NCBI GenBank assembly: GCA_944390915.1
Contig: CALXRS010000002.1
Coordinates: 18,707-82,706 of the forward strand
Length of the DNA: 64,000 nt
Reading direction: 5' to 3'
Source: an uncultured Alphaproteobacteria bacterium
GTDB taxonomy: Bacteria > Pseudomonadota > Alphaproteobacteria > RF32 > CAG-239
A model generated the notes under the pieces. That model was not told where the DNA came from and searched no databases. It saw only the letters and a program-made list of their open reading frames with translations. The number at the start of each line of letters is the position of its first letter. Positions within the stretch are counted from its first letter, which is position 1. The translations under genes and the position numbers were made by a program. Below, piece by piece: positions 45,477-54,916 of the stretch.

Positions 45477-47261
45477 TCAACCAAACAGCTTTCTGTCCAG
45501 CCGTTCCAATTCGTCAATATAACCGGAAATAAGGCTGAGCCCCCTGTTCCAGAAATCCGGCGCCTGCGGGTCAAGACCGAACGGACGGAGCAGCTCGCCG
45601 TAATCGCCGATGGCCGTCTGCGAAAGCATCTGCAGATATTTAGCCGGAAAATCAGCAACTTTTCCTTCTCTGCTTACCTGATACAGCGAATTGACCAGAC
45701 AGTCAGCAAACGAATAGGCATAAACGTAAAAAGGCAAAAAGAAGAAATGTCCCACCTGCGACCAGATAAACCGGCAGTCGTCGCCGACTTCAACCGCCTC
45801 GCCCAAACTTGCCCGCATTTCCTCCTGCCAGATGTCGCACAGTCTTTCTTTGCTCAGTTCCCCTTCCCGCCGCTCGGCATGCGCGCGGGTTTCAAAAAAG
45901 TGGAAAGCTATCTGGCGGATGGCGGTATTTATCATATCGCTCACTTTTGATGCAATCAACGCCAGCTTTTCCGGTCCGTCGGGCAGCTTTGCCACCATCG
46001 ACTGAAAGACGATCATCTCGCCGAACACGGAAGCCACTTCTTCGGTCGTCATGCGCGAATATTCGTTGAGTTCGCCGTTTTGGGCGCGTGTCTGATGATG
46101 ACAGCCATGCCCCAGTTCATGCGCCAAAGTCAGCACGTCGTTTCTCTTGCCGGTAAAGTTAAGCAGCAGATAAGGATGAAAATCGGCGCTGACCGGCGCG
46201 CAGAAAGCGCCGCTGCGTTTGCCGTCGCGCGGCGGCACGTCTATCCAGGCATTATCGAAGAAATCTCTGGCGATTTCATAAAGCTCGGGCGAAAATTCCT
46301 TATAGGCGTCAAGCACCGTCGTCACCGCCTCGCTCCAGCCGTATTCGGCATCATCGGCAAAAGGCAGGGGCGCGTTGCGATCCCAATAGGAAATTTTTTC
46401 CACCCCCAGCCATTTGGCTTTGAGCTTATAAAAACGATGGGCAATGTTGCCATAGTTTGCGCGCACGGTTTCGGCCAGCGTATCGACCATTTTGTCACTG
46501 ACGTTTTCCGCCAGGTTGCGCGACGACATCGGTTGCCGAAAACCGCGTTTTTCATCCTCGATGGCTTTGTCTTTTATCACCATGTTGTAGATAAACGCAA
46601 ACAAATCGGCGTTCTGTTCCGCCACCCGGTTCATTTCCGCTCCGGCTTTGCGGCGCAGAACGGGATCTTTGTTCAACAACAGTTTGGAGATTTCCGCATC
46701 ATTATAGGTTTTTCCGTCCACCTCAAACTGCAGGCGCGAAGAAGTTTCTTCATACAGGCGCACCCAAGCGGAAGAAGAAGTCATCGATTTTTCGAGCAAC
46801 ACCTCTTCCACCGGCTCGGAAAGCTCATAAGGTTTGTAGCGGCGCACCCTCTCCAGCCACGGGCGATAAAAAGCCGCGTCGGGATTTTGCAGCCATTCGC
46901 CGATTTTTTCTTCGGGCAGAGCGTTTATTTCCAAACTGAGAAAAATCAGCGGCTTGCTGTAATCGGTCAGCTTTTCGCTGATATTTTGATAAAAGGCGGC
47001 CGCCGTTTGGTTTTTCATTTGCGTAACCATGTTCAGATAGGCAAAACCGCCGATTTTGCTGCCGATAAGCGAATTTTGTTCATAACTTTTCAACGCCGCG
47101 GCAAAAGCCCCGCCGTCAAGGGCGGACAAATTGCCTCTATAGCGGTCGGCAAAAGCCGCGCAAAAATTTTTATAGCTTTCAAGATCGGCGGCAATTTGCG
47201 GATCGTCAATTCCCCTGTACAAATCGCTCAAATCCCAGGCAGGCAAATTTTCATTTTTCAT
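45477..47261 (-). CDS. pepF: Oligoendopeptidase F (M3B metallopeptidase)
   Basis: 594 aa. Zinc motif HELGHGCHH with a downstream Glu region (EVASVFGE). Confidence 0.88.
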   Translation of the reverse strand: MKNENLPAWDLSDLYRGIDDPQIAADLESYKNFCAAFADRYRGNLSALDGGAFAAALKSYEQNSLIGSKIGGFAYLNMVTQMKNQTAAAFYQNISEKLTDYSKPLIFLSLEINALPEEKIGEWLQNPDAAFYRPWLERVRRYKPYELSEPVEEVLLEKSMTSSSAWVRLYEETSSRLQFEVDGKTYNDAEISKLLLNKDPVLRRKAGAEMNRVAEQNADLFAFIYNMVIKDKAIEDEKRGFRQPMSSRNLAENVSDKMVDTLAETVRANYGNIAHRFYKLKAKWLGVEKISYWDRNAPLPFADDAEYGWSEAVTTVLDAYKEFSPELYEIARDFFDNAWIDVPPRDGKRSGAFCAPVSADFHPYLLLNFTGKRNDVLTLAHELGHGCHHQTRAQNGELNEYSRMTTEEVASVFGEMIVFQSMVAKLPDGPEKLALIASKVSDMINTAIRQIAFHFFETRAHAERREGELSKERLCDIWQEEMRASLGEAVEVGDDCRFIWSQVGHFFFLPFYVYAYSFADCLVNSLYQVSREGKVADFPAKYLQMLSQTAIGDYGELLRPFGLDPQAPDFWNRGLSLISGYIDELERLDRKLFG

Positions 47262-47694
47262 CTTGCGTCTTCTCCAGTTGTTGGTTCAGTTCATAAAGCT
47301 CGTCCATCTCGGCGCCGATATCGGGCGAACTTTCGTAATATTCGGCCAGACTTTCCTCGGCTTCAACGCCATCTGTTGCCGAAGGGCGTTTGATGTCCGG
47401 CGCGAACAGATAATTCGACCACGGGGCGGACTGTTTGCCCGTCGCCCACAATTTTATCCCCTCGCCGATAACGCCGATGTTGCAAAAAGTGTTGTCGACA
47501 ATGCGCTCAAGAACGCACATCTTGCGGCCGTTGCAGTTATGGAGCTCCTCGGCCATTTTTTCGGTACAGGGAACAAAGCCCCGTTTCTGCTCGTCCTGAT
47601 GCGGCGCCGCCAAAACCAGCGCAAACACGCACAAAAAGAAAAAGACGACCAGCGAAACCGATAAGCCGAACCAATGGCACCTGATAAAATTCAT
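47251..47694 (-). CDS. Hypothetical membrane-anchored protein (147 aa)
   Basis: Internal ATG at 47694. TM FGLSVSLVVFFFLCVFALVLA, a Cys-containing ectodomain and an acidic tail. Overlaps the pepF start by 11 nt. Confidence 0.5.
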   Translation of the reverse strand: MNFIRCHWFGLSVSLVVFFFLCVFALVLAAPHQDEQKRGFVPCTEKMAEELHNCNGRKMCVLERIVDNTFCNIGVIGEGIKLWATGKQSAPWSNYLFAPDIKRPSATDGVEAEESLAEYYESSPDIGAEMDELYELNQQLEKTQDEK

Positions 47695-47698
47695 AAAA

Positions 47699-48433
47699 CT
47701 ATTTTCCTTCTCTTTTTTGCAGATAGCTTTCCAGCAGCGCCAGTTCTTCGCGGGTGTTGGCGCCGGCCACTTCTTCCGCCGAGCATTCAATCACCCCGCA
47801 TTTCAGACCGCGGGCGCGGGCAATGGCCACCGCATCGGTAAGATAATACTCGTGCGCCGCGTTTTCATTGCCTATCTCGCTCAAAATATCAAACATTATC
47901 CGACCGTCAAAACACATCACGCCGGAATTGCACAGGGTAATGGCCTTTTCCGCGTCGGTGGCGTCCTTAAACTCGACGATTTTCTGCAGTTCGCCGTCTT
48001 TTACCACCAACCTGCCGTAGCGCGCGGCATCTTCGGGACAAAAGCCGATAACCACCACCGCATAGCCTTCTCTTCTCTTGGCCACGGCGCGCAAAAATGT
48101 TTCTCTGGTAATAATCGGATGGTCGCCGAAAACCGTCAGCACGTCGCCGTCAAAACCGCGCAGCGCGCTTTCCGCCGCCATCACGGCGTTGCCGGTGCCG
48201 AGCTGCTCCTCCTGAACGACGCTTTCGTGTGGCGCCACCGCTTCGCGCACGGCCTCGCCGTCGGGCGCCGTAACCACCACGATTTTATCGGTTTTCATGC
48301 TGTCAAGCGTTTTAAGAATATGACTTATCATCGGTTTGCCGCAAACGGGCATCAGCACTTTGGGCAGCTCCGATTTCATGCGCGTTCCCTTGCCTGCGCC
48401 AAGCACAACGGCGGCGATTTTTGAATTTGTCAT
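47699..48433 (-). CDS. GlmU-like sugar-1-phosphate nucleotidyltransferase, uridyltransferase domain only
   Basis: AAVVLGAGKGTRMKSELPKVL, EQLGTGNAV, YGRLV, NSGVMCF and EYYLTD line up with the N-terminal domain of GlmU. The ORF stops at 244 aa, before any left-handed beta-helix hexapeptide repeats. Confidence 0.75.
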   Translation of the reverse strand: MTNSKIAAVVLGAGKGTRMKSELPKVLMPVCGKPMISHILKTLDSMKTDKIVVVTAPDGEAVREAVAPHESVVQEEQLGTGNAVMAAESALRGFDGDVLTVFGDHPIITRETFLRAVAKRREGYAVVVIGFCPEDAARYGRLVVKDGELQKIVEFKDATDAEKAITLCNSGVMCFDGRIMFDILSEIGNENAAHEYYLTDAVAIARARGLKCGVIECSAEEVAGANTREELALLESYLQKREGK

Positions 48434-48515
48434 TATTTTTCCTTTCTAATCATTTTTTAATAACTGGATATTATATTAGCAAATATATTTATTTTGTTAA
48501 CAAAGGTATTTTTTT

Positions 48516-50627
48516 ATGAAAAAACTTTTTCTTTCGGTTTGTTTCATTTCCCTTTTTGCCGCTGCCCTGCCCGGGCATGCCGCCGTTACCGCCATGCGCG
48601 ACGAAATCGCCCTGCAGCAGCACAATATCGACAAAAGCATGAACCTGCGTCCGATGGCCGAACCGGCGGGCGTGCCGGCAAATTTTGAAGACTTTGTCGA
48701 TTTTATCCGCGAACGTTCAAAAACAGTGGAAAAAACATCCATGGATGTCCTGCAAAAATCTTCTTCCATGAACGTCATTGACGACATTTCTTATATTGCC
48801 AGCCAGCGGCAGGAAAAATCAACTTTTGAAAAAATTTACGAAAGCGCCATGGAGCGCTTAAAACTGCTGGAAAAAAAACCTTCTGCGGAACGGATTAACA
48901 CCCCGGCTCTGGTTGCTCAGGAAATCAAACAGGAACAACAAAATCTGCAAAACGCCGCCCAAAACCCAAAAACGCAAAAAAGCCTTGACGTCGTAAACGT
49001 TACCTTACCCGGCGGACAAACCGTTTTGGCTCCGGCCAAAGAGCATATTCCCTATCTTTCCGCCAAAATAGACATTATGCCCAACGGCATGGTGCATATT
49101 ATCGAAACAGTCAGCCTGGTGGCCAACGGGCAGAAGCTGAAATATGGTCTGAACAAAGCATTGCCCAAATATTCGGTTTCCCGCGAAGGGGTGCGCAACA
49201 ATACCATTCCCTACCTGAACGGCGTACGCGTCAACGGTCAAAGCGTTCCCTATCGTCTGCAAGACGCCGGCGACCGCTACCTGATTACTCCGGAAAAACA
49301 GTTTGAACTGCCGCCGGGCATTTATACCTACGAATTTGACTATATGCTCGACCGCAAACTCTGGTACTATGATGACCGCAACGAATTCTACTGGGACGTT
49401 ACCGGCAGTTTTTGGAATCTGGCCATATCGCAGGCCATTGCCACCATCCGCCTGCCGGTTGACATACGGCCGCTCGGTCAAAACATGCTTATCGGCTACC
49501 TGCCGAATCTGCTGACCGACCGTTATACGACAATCACGCAGCACCGCCATACCAATGCGCTCGGTTTTACCGCCACCCGCCCGCTTTTTGCCGGCGAGGG
49601 TCTGCATATCCTGGTATCCATTCCCAAAGCCGGTTTCATGGAACCCGACTTTAACAAAAAATTCGAATGGTTTATCGAAGACTACGGCGACATCATTTTT
49701 TCGCTGGCCGGTTTCCTTGCCATCATCATTGCTTATATCGTTTCCTGGCGCTATATCAGCCAAAACGCGAGCGGTGTGCAGGCCGACATGCAAAAAACCC
49801 CGCCCCTGCTGCGCCTGCTTGCGCAAGGCAAGTTTGACAAAGTGTCTTTTGCCTCCTTTCTGCTCGATTTGTTCCGCCGGGGCATCATCGACCTGAAAAG
49901 CGACCACGAGTCGTTTGTCATCATAAAAAAAACGGACAACCTGAGCCGCCTGAACAAATACGAGAAAAAAGCCTACCGGCAGCTTATCGGCGCAAAGGAA
50001 TTTTCCGTAACTTTCAGCCGCGGCAACGCCTTAAAACTGAAACGCGCCGCCAAATTGATAGAAAAAGACACGTTCAAAAGGCTGAAACTGCTGTCGCTCA
50101 AACTAAACGCCGGCTATATTTTGTTCAGCTGCGCCATGCTGCTGCTTTCGGAAGGCGCCGTCGCCCTGCTGTCGGTTAATCCGGCGGGCACCTTCGGCAT
50201 GTTGCTTTCGGCCACCGTCACCGCCGCTTTTTATATCTGGCTCTTGCGCAAACATTTTGAACGGCGGCGACTGCAATACGTCATCAAATTTTTTGCCGCG
50301 GTGATGATCGTTTTGTCGGCCATGGTGATGAGCTTATACATCCATACCGTCTCCATTCTGTTTATTTTGGGTATGATATGGAGCATATTTATCTATACCT
50401 CGCTCTTTGCCAAACGCAACGGCCTCATCAAAAACAACATCCGCGACGCCGTTCAGTTTGCCCGCTATTTGCGGGACAATGCCAAAGCCATCATTCTCGG
50501 CGGAGAATTCCGGCTGCAACAGGCCAATATTTATGCTCTGGATGCCGCCGACAACTATCCCAAAAGCAAAGAAACGGCTCGCGATTACCGTCTGGATCTG
50601 ATGCCTGCCGTCATCCGGTTGTTATAA
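48516..50627 (+). CDS. Large membrane protein, DUF2207-like (703 aa)
   Basis: Signal peptide MKKLFLSVCFISLFAAALPGHA. Extracytoplasmic domain with GIYTYEFDYML...EFYWDVTGSFWNLAI. Several C-terminal TM helices. Family assignment is from memory. Confidence 0.6.
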   Translation: MKKLFLSVCFISLFAAALPGHAAVTAMRDEIALQQHNIDKSMNLRPMAEPAGVPANFEDFVDFIRERSKTVEKTSMDVLQKSSSMNVIDDISYIASQRQEKSTFEKIYESAMERLKLLEKKPSAERINTPALVAQEIKQEQQNLQNAAQNPKTQKSLDVVNVTLPGGQTVLAPAKEHIPYLSAKIDIMPNGMVHIIETVSLVANGQKLKYGLNKALPKYSVSREGVRNNTIPYLNGVRVNGQSVPYRLQDAGDRYLITPEKQFELPPGIYTYEFDYMLDRKLWYYDDRNEFYWDVTGSFWNLAISQAIATIRLPVDIRPLGQNMLIGYLPNLLTDRYTTITQHRHTNALGFTATRPLFAGEGLHILVSIPKAGFMEPDFNKKFEWFIEDYGDIIFSLAGFLAIIIAYIVSWRYISQNASGVQADMQKTPPLLRLLAQGKFDKVSFASFLLDLFRRGIIDLKSDHESFVIIKKTDNLSRLNKYEKKAYRQLIGAKEFSVTFSRGNALKLKRAAKLIEKDTFKRLKLLSLKLNAGYILFSCAMLLLSEGAVALLSVNPAGTFGMLLSATVTAAFYIWLLRKHFERRRLQYVIKFFAAVMIVLSAMVMSLYIHTVSILFILGMIWSIFIYTSLFAKRNGLIKNNIRDAVQFARYLRDNAKAIILGGEFRLQQANIYALDAADNYPKSKETARDYRLDLMPAVIRLL

Positions 50628-50729
50628 CCGGCGGCGGCCGGCGTAAAACTCAATATCTATTGAAAAGAAACGCCTGAAAAAACATATTTTTGTATGTAAC
50701 ATACAACAACAAAGCATAAGGAAAAAACA

Positions 50730-50984
50730 ATGACAAAAATATTTCTGGCAATTTTATTTGCCGCGTTTACGGCACTCGGCGGCAATGCCTTCGCCCAAAC
50801 GCCGGCGGACGCTTCCCCGGAGACGGCAATGGTAGAAGAAACTTACGAAGCGGACGTTTCTCCCGCGGCAACCCCGACGGCCGCCGCCTCTTCCGCCTCG
50901 TCGACGAATACCGCGCCGGCGGACGACGATGACGTTTTGACGGTTGAAGAAACCGTTGCCGCGGAAGTCGACGCCGAAGACTAA
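50730..50984 (+). CDS. Small secreted acidic low-complexity protein (84 aa)
   Basis: Signal peptide MTKIFLAILFAAFTALGGNAFA, then an A/T/S/D/E-rich sequence. Confidence 0.45.
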   Translation: MTKIFLAILFAAFTALGGNAFAQTPADASPETAMVEETYEADVSPAATPTAAASSASSTNTAPADDDDVLTVEETVAAEVDAED

Positions 50985-51113
50985 GAAAAAATCGGCCGCT
51001 TATCCAACGACCGAAAAATTCTGCAAAAGCTTTCACCCTTATCCTTTACGGACTTTTACGACTTACGATCCGTTTGCGGCAAAGCGATCAGACGTTTTGC
51101 CGCAAATTCTTTT

Positions 51114-51671
51114 TCAGTCGAAAGTATAACGAAGCCCGAACGAATATTCGTTGATATGATCCGTTCCGTTAACCTTGTCCAGTTTAATATACCGATACAA
51201 CCCGCGCAACGCCCAATTTTCGTCCAGATGGTATGTCAGACCGGCGCCGAAACGATAGCCCCAACCGCGCTCCCGCCGATCTTTGGCAAAGCGGTGTTCG
51301 TTTTTGAAAACATATTCGCCTATCCCGAGCGTTGCCGTCGGTGCCAGCCGACCGTCGCAGCCAAGCGGCAGATAAGCGGCCATATCCAGCCCGTATGCCT
51401 GAAAAGACGAATTTTTCAAATCTTCGCCACCGCCGAACTTATGTTTGTCGGCATATTGATAGAACAGCTCGGTGCCGAAATATTTGTTATAAACCGAACC
51501 GATGTTGACAATGCCGGCATTGTGGTAGGAATGATGCCCTTTTGCGCGCACTTCGTCATAGGCATAGCCCGCCCCGAGATAGGGACGATAGTCGTTTTCG
51601 ACGGCGCAAACCGCGCCCGCGCGCCCGCCGAGCAAAACCGCGGCCAAGACAATTGTGGTTATCTTTCTCAT
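51114..51671 (-). CDS. Small outer-membrane beta-barrel protein (OmpA-like/OmpW-like 8-strand class)
   Basis: ATG at 51671. Signal peptide MRKITTIVLAAVLLGGRAGAVCA. Alternating aromatic/Gly strands (YLGAGYAY.., GAGLTYHL.., FGLRYTFD*). Confidence 0.7.
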   Translation of the reverse strand: MRKITTIVLAAVLLGGRAGAVCAVENDYRPYLGAGYAYDEVRAKGHHSYHNAGIVNIGSVYNKYFGTELFYQYADKHKFGGGEDLKNSSFQAYGLDMAAYLPLGCDGRLAPTATLGIGEYVFKNEHRFAKDRRERGWGYRFGAGLTYHLDENWALRGLYRYIKLDKVNGTDHINEYSFGLRYTFD

Positions 51672-51772
51672 TTTTATTCCTTTCTTTAACACTTTTTAAT
51701 ATAATCTAAGCTAGGATTTGAGAAAGTCAAAGCAAAAAAAAGAAAATATCCGCTTTATAAGGAATTTTGCGC

Positions 51773-52321
51773 ATGAAAAAAACAGAAAACGAAAACGGTT
51801 ATACTTTGATTGAGTCACTGATGTTTATCGGTGTAGTCTGCGCGCTCGGCATTTCCATCATCAACCTTATCAACAACATGCTCGACAAATACCGGATGAG
51901 CCGGGTTACCCAGCAGATCAAGGACATTCAAAAAAACATCGACTACCGTTTTTCGGCCGCGGAAAATTTCAGCGAAATTGACGACGGACTGTTAACGAAA
52001 GAAAAAATCGTTCCCGGCGATATGGTGCAAGGCGAGGAAATTTATCATGCCTATAAAGGGCAGGTTCTTATCAGCACGGCCATCGAAGGAAGCGTGTACG
52101 ACGTTACGTTCGAAGACCTCCCCTACAATGCCTGCATTGAGTTGGCCATGGTCGACTGGATGACGGGCTACAACTCGCACCTGCTGCACATTAAGGTAAA
52201 CAATCAATATTTTACCTGGCAAAGCAAAGACATGGCCACCAAACTGCCGATGGAATACACCGGCGCCATGAACAATTGCAAAGACAGCCGAGACAACGTT
52301 ATCACCTGGCGGTTTCAATAA
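51773..52321 (+). CDS. Prepilin-type (type IV pilin / pseudopilin-like) protein, orphan
   Basis: MKKTENENG|YTLIESLMFIGVVCALGISIINL: a class III signal with Gly at -1, Glu at +5 and a hydrophobic helix. Confidence 0.7.
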   Translation: MKKTENENGYTLIESLMFIGVVCALGISIINLINNMLDKYRMSRVTQQIKDIQKNIDYRFSAAENFSEIDDGLLTKEKIVPGDMVQGEEIYHAYKGQVLISTAIEGSVYDVTFEDLPYNACIELAMVDWMTGYNSHLLHIKVNNQYFTWQSKDMATKLPMEYTGAMNNCKDSRDNVITWRFQ

Positions 52322-52361
52322 TTCCGGGTAAGACAAACGGGGTGTAACATGATTTTTTTGC

Positions 52362-52390
52362 TTGCAGAGACGTGTTGAAATTTATATATA
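52362..52390 (+). promoter_or_regulatory. Candidate sigma-70-like promoter upstream of dksA
   Basis: TTGCAG (52362-52367), 17-nt spacer, TATATA (52385-52390). Pattern match only. Confidence 0.3.
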
Positions 52391-52442
52391 TTGGGCTATA
52401 TGAACCCGACTAAAAAATGACAACTGAATTTGGAGAAACAAC

Positions 52443-52868
52443 ATGGTTGAAACATCAGTAATTCTTCCGCCAGACTACCGGCCCTCGCCCGACGAAGAAT
52501 ATATGAACGAAATGCAGATCGAATATTTTCGCCAAAAACTTCTGGAATGGAAAAAAGCGCTGCTCGCCCAGTCGCAGGACACTTTGGAAGATTTGCGCCA
52601 GGGCGGCTTAAACCAACCCGACGACCTCGACCGCGCCTCGCTTGAAACGGACAAGGCTCTCGACCTGCGCACCAAAGACCGCGCCCGCAAACTTATCAGC
52701 AAAATCAACGACGCCTTAAAACGCATCGAAGACGGCACTTACGGCTATTGCGAAGAAACCGGCGAGCCCATCGGCCTTGAACGACTGGAAGCGCGCCCCG
52801 TCGCCACGCTTTCGATCGAAGCTCAGGAACGCCACGAAAGAATGGAAAAAACCTACAACGAAGACTAA
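52443..52868 (+). CDS. dksA: RNA polymerase-binding factor DksA, keeping one of the four zinc-finger cysteines
   Basis: Coiled-coil tip DDLDRASLE (DxxDxA). The C-terminal region YGYCEETGEPIGLERLEARPVATLSIEAQ aligns with E. coli [28 protein letters not shown], but only the first Cys is kept. Confidence 0.88.
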   Translation: MVETSVILPPDYRPSPDEEYMNEMQIEYFRQKLLEWKKALLAQSQDTLEDLRQGGLNQPDDLDRASLETDKALDLRTKDRARKLISKINDALKRIEDGTYGYCEETGEPIGLERLEARPVATLSIEAQERHERMEKTYNED

Positions 52869-52877
52869 ACGGGTGTG

Positions 52878-53450
52878 ATGGATAAAAAGGATTTCATACT
52901 GGCATCCTCCTCGCCGCAACGGTTGATGCTGCTCGAGCAAATAGGCTTGCCGCCCAAAGAGATATGTCCGGCCGATATTGACGAAAGCTGCCGCGCCGAG
53001 GAAACGCCGTCCGCTTACGTCAAACGGATGGCCGAAGAAAAAGCGGCGCATGTCGCCGCGCGGCGCCCCGGGGAAAACATCTTGGCTTGCGACACGGTGG
53101 TAACGGTCGGCCGGCGGATTCTCCGCAAAGCGCAAAACGATGAGGAACAAAAACAGGTTATGCATCTTTTGTCCGGACGTTCCAATCGAGTTTTAAGCGC
53201 CGTTTGCCTAATCGACAAAAACGGCAGGCGGTCATTAAAACTTTCAAATTCGCGGGTGGTCACCAAAAAACTGTCGGCAAAAGAAATCGAAGATTATGTG
53301 GCAAGCGGCGAATGGCACGGTTGCAGCGGCTATAAAATCGAAGGCCGCTTTGCCGGCTGCGTCCGTAAAATGATCGGATCATATTCCGGCATTGTCGGCT
53401 TGCCTTTGTTTGAAACGCAAAATTTATTAAACGGAGCGGGAATAAGATGA
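52878..53450 (+). CDS. maf: Maf-family nucleoside triphosphate pyrophosphatase
   Basis: ILASSSPQRLMLLEQIG.. and ...GAYGIQG-like SGYKIEG, at 190 aa. Confidence 0.88.
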   Translation: MDKKDFILASSSPQRLMLLEQIGLPPKEICPADIDESCRAEETPSAYVKRMAEEKAAHVAARRPGENILACDTVVTVGRRILRKAQNDEEQKQVMHLLSGRSNRVLSAVCLIDKNGRRSLKLSNSRVVTKKLSAKEIEDYVASGEWHGCSGYKIEGRFAGCVRKMIGSYSGIVGLPLFETQNLLNGAGIR

Positions 53451-54622
53451 GTGCAGACATAATTATATACGACAAAAATTCTTCGGCTTCGGGTATTGCC
53501 GTGCTTGAAAACGGAACCCCGGCCGAATTGGAAATCATTACCGCCGGACAGGCCATCAGCGGGAACATTTATCTCGGCAAAATCATCCGCAAGATAGAAT
53601 TGGCCGGCGGCAAAGAAGGCTTTTTCATCGATTTGGGCGACGGACTGGAAGGCTTTCTCAATGCCGAAGAATACGGATTGGCCGAACTGAAATTATCCGA
53701 AGGACAAAGCATTGTCGTACAGGTATCTCAGGAAAAACGCGCCGAAAAACAGCCTCGCCTGGTGCGTGCCGTCCAGTTGGTCGGCACCTATCTGGTATAT
53801 TGCCCCTACCGGCTGCGCGTGGAAGCCTCGGCCAAAATAAACGATCATCAGAAAATGGTTGAATATATGGAAAAGGTAAAAAACCTGACGACCGGTCAGG
53901 AAGGGTGGATTTTGCGCACCGCTTCCGTAGAAACGGACTTTGCCGAAGTTGCCCGCGAAATGGAAAAACTTCACGACACTTACGAGCAAATCCGGATTAA
54001 GGCTCGCAGCGCGCAGGCACCCTGCCTGCTCTATGCCAGCCCGGATCCGATATTCGAACATCTGACGCGCCATGCCGACAGCCTCGCCAAGCTGGTTACC
54101 AACAACCGAAACATAGAGGCGGAAGTCAAGCAACAATATGCCGATGCTTTCGAAGTGGAAATCTGTGCCGCCCCGTTTGAAAAATACGGCATCGACGAGG
54201 TTATCGCCGGCGCTCTGGAAAAAGAAATCACGCTCAAAGGCGGCGGACGCATTACCATTGAAGAAACGCGCGCCTGCGTAGCCATTGACGTCGACAGCGG
54301 CAAAGACATCGGCGGCGGTTCGCTAAACCGTATCAACGAAGAGGCTGCCTATGAGATTGCCCGCCAAATCCGCCTGCGTAATCTGGCCGGAAAAATCGTC
54401 ATCGACTTTGCCGGGCATTCGGAATATCGCTATATCAAACCGCTGCTCGATATTTTGGAAGAAGAACTGTCCAAAGACAGCATTAAAAGTCATGTTGCCG
54501 GTTTAAGCCGCGCCGGACTGGCGGAAGTCATCCGCGTTCGCCGCCGCCCCTCTCTGCAGGAACTGATGACCGACGAATGTCCGACCTGCAAAGGCTGCGG
54601 CCGAGTGGAAAAAGAGGCCTAA
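53447..54622 (+). CDS. rng: RNase E/G-family ribonuclease (short, RNase G-like)
   Basis: S1-like N-terminus (GNIYLGKIIRKIE...GFFIDLG), catalytic ITIEETRACVAIDVDSG, ARQIRLRNLAGKIVIDF, and a C-terminal CPTCKGCG zinc link. It is 391 aa, shorter than the ~490 aa I recall for E. coli RNase G. Confidence 0.8.
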   Translation: MSADIIIYDKNSSASGIAVLENGTPAELEIITAGQAISGNIYLGKIIRKIELAGGKEGFFIDLGDGLEGFLNAEEYGLAELKLSEGQSIVVQVSQEKRAEKQPRLVRAVQLVGTYLVYCPYRLRVEASAKINDHQKMVEYMEKVKNLTTGQEGWILRTASVETDFAEVAREMEKLHDTYEQIRIKARSAQAPCLLYASPDPIFEHLTRHADSLAKLVTNNRNIEAEVKQQYADAFEVEICAAPFEKYGIDEVIAGALEKEITLKGGGRITIEETRACVAIDVDSGKDIGGGSLNRINEEAAYEIARQIRLRNLAGKIVIDFAGHSEYRYIKPLLDILEEELSKDSIKSHVAGLSRAGLAEVIRVRRRPSLQELMTDECPTCKGCGRVEKEA

Positions 54623-54625
54623 ACC

Positions 54626-54847
54626 ATGGGAGAAGCGCTTAAAACCTGCCGCTGCCCTATTTGCGGCAAAGTGGTTCCGATCGGAAAATATCGGCCGTTT
54701 TGCTCCAAACGCTGCGCCGACATAGATCTCGGAAACTGGTTTAACGAAGCTTATCACGTAGAGGCCGAAGAAATCAGCGACGAAGATATCGAAGCTCTTG
54801 AGGAACTGGTCAACACAACCGATTCCGATCCCGAAAAACATCGTTAA
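54626..54847 (+). CDS. yacG: DNA gyrase inhibitor YacG (zinc finger)
   Basis: CPICGKVV...[15 protein letters not shown]. Confidence 0.85.
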   Translation: MGEALKTCRCPICGKVVPIGKYRPFCSKRCADIDLGNWFNEAYHVEAEEISDEDIEALEELVNTTDSDPEKHR

Positions 54848-54860
54848 CCGATTGTTACGT

Positions 54861-54904
54861 CACAAAGAAAACGTCCGTTTGCGCAAACGGACGTTTTCTT
54901 TGTG
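54861..54904. terminator. Bidirectional terminator, perfect 21-bp stem
   Basis: cacaaagaaaacgtccgtttg-cg-caaacggacgttttctttgtg, between convergent yacG and the OmpA-family gene. Confidence 0.75.
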
Positions 54905-54916
54905 GTTGCAACCAAA

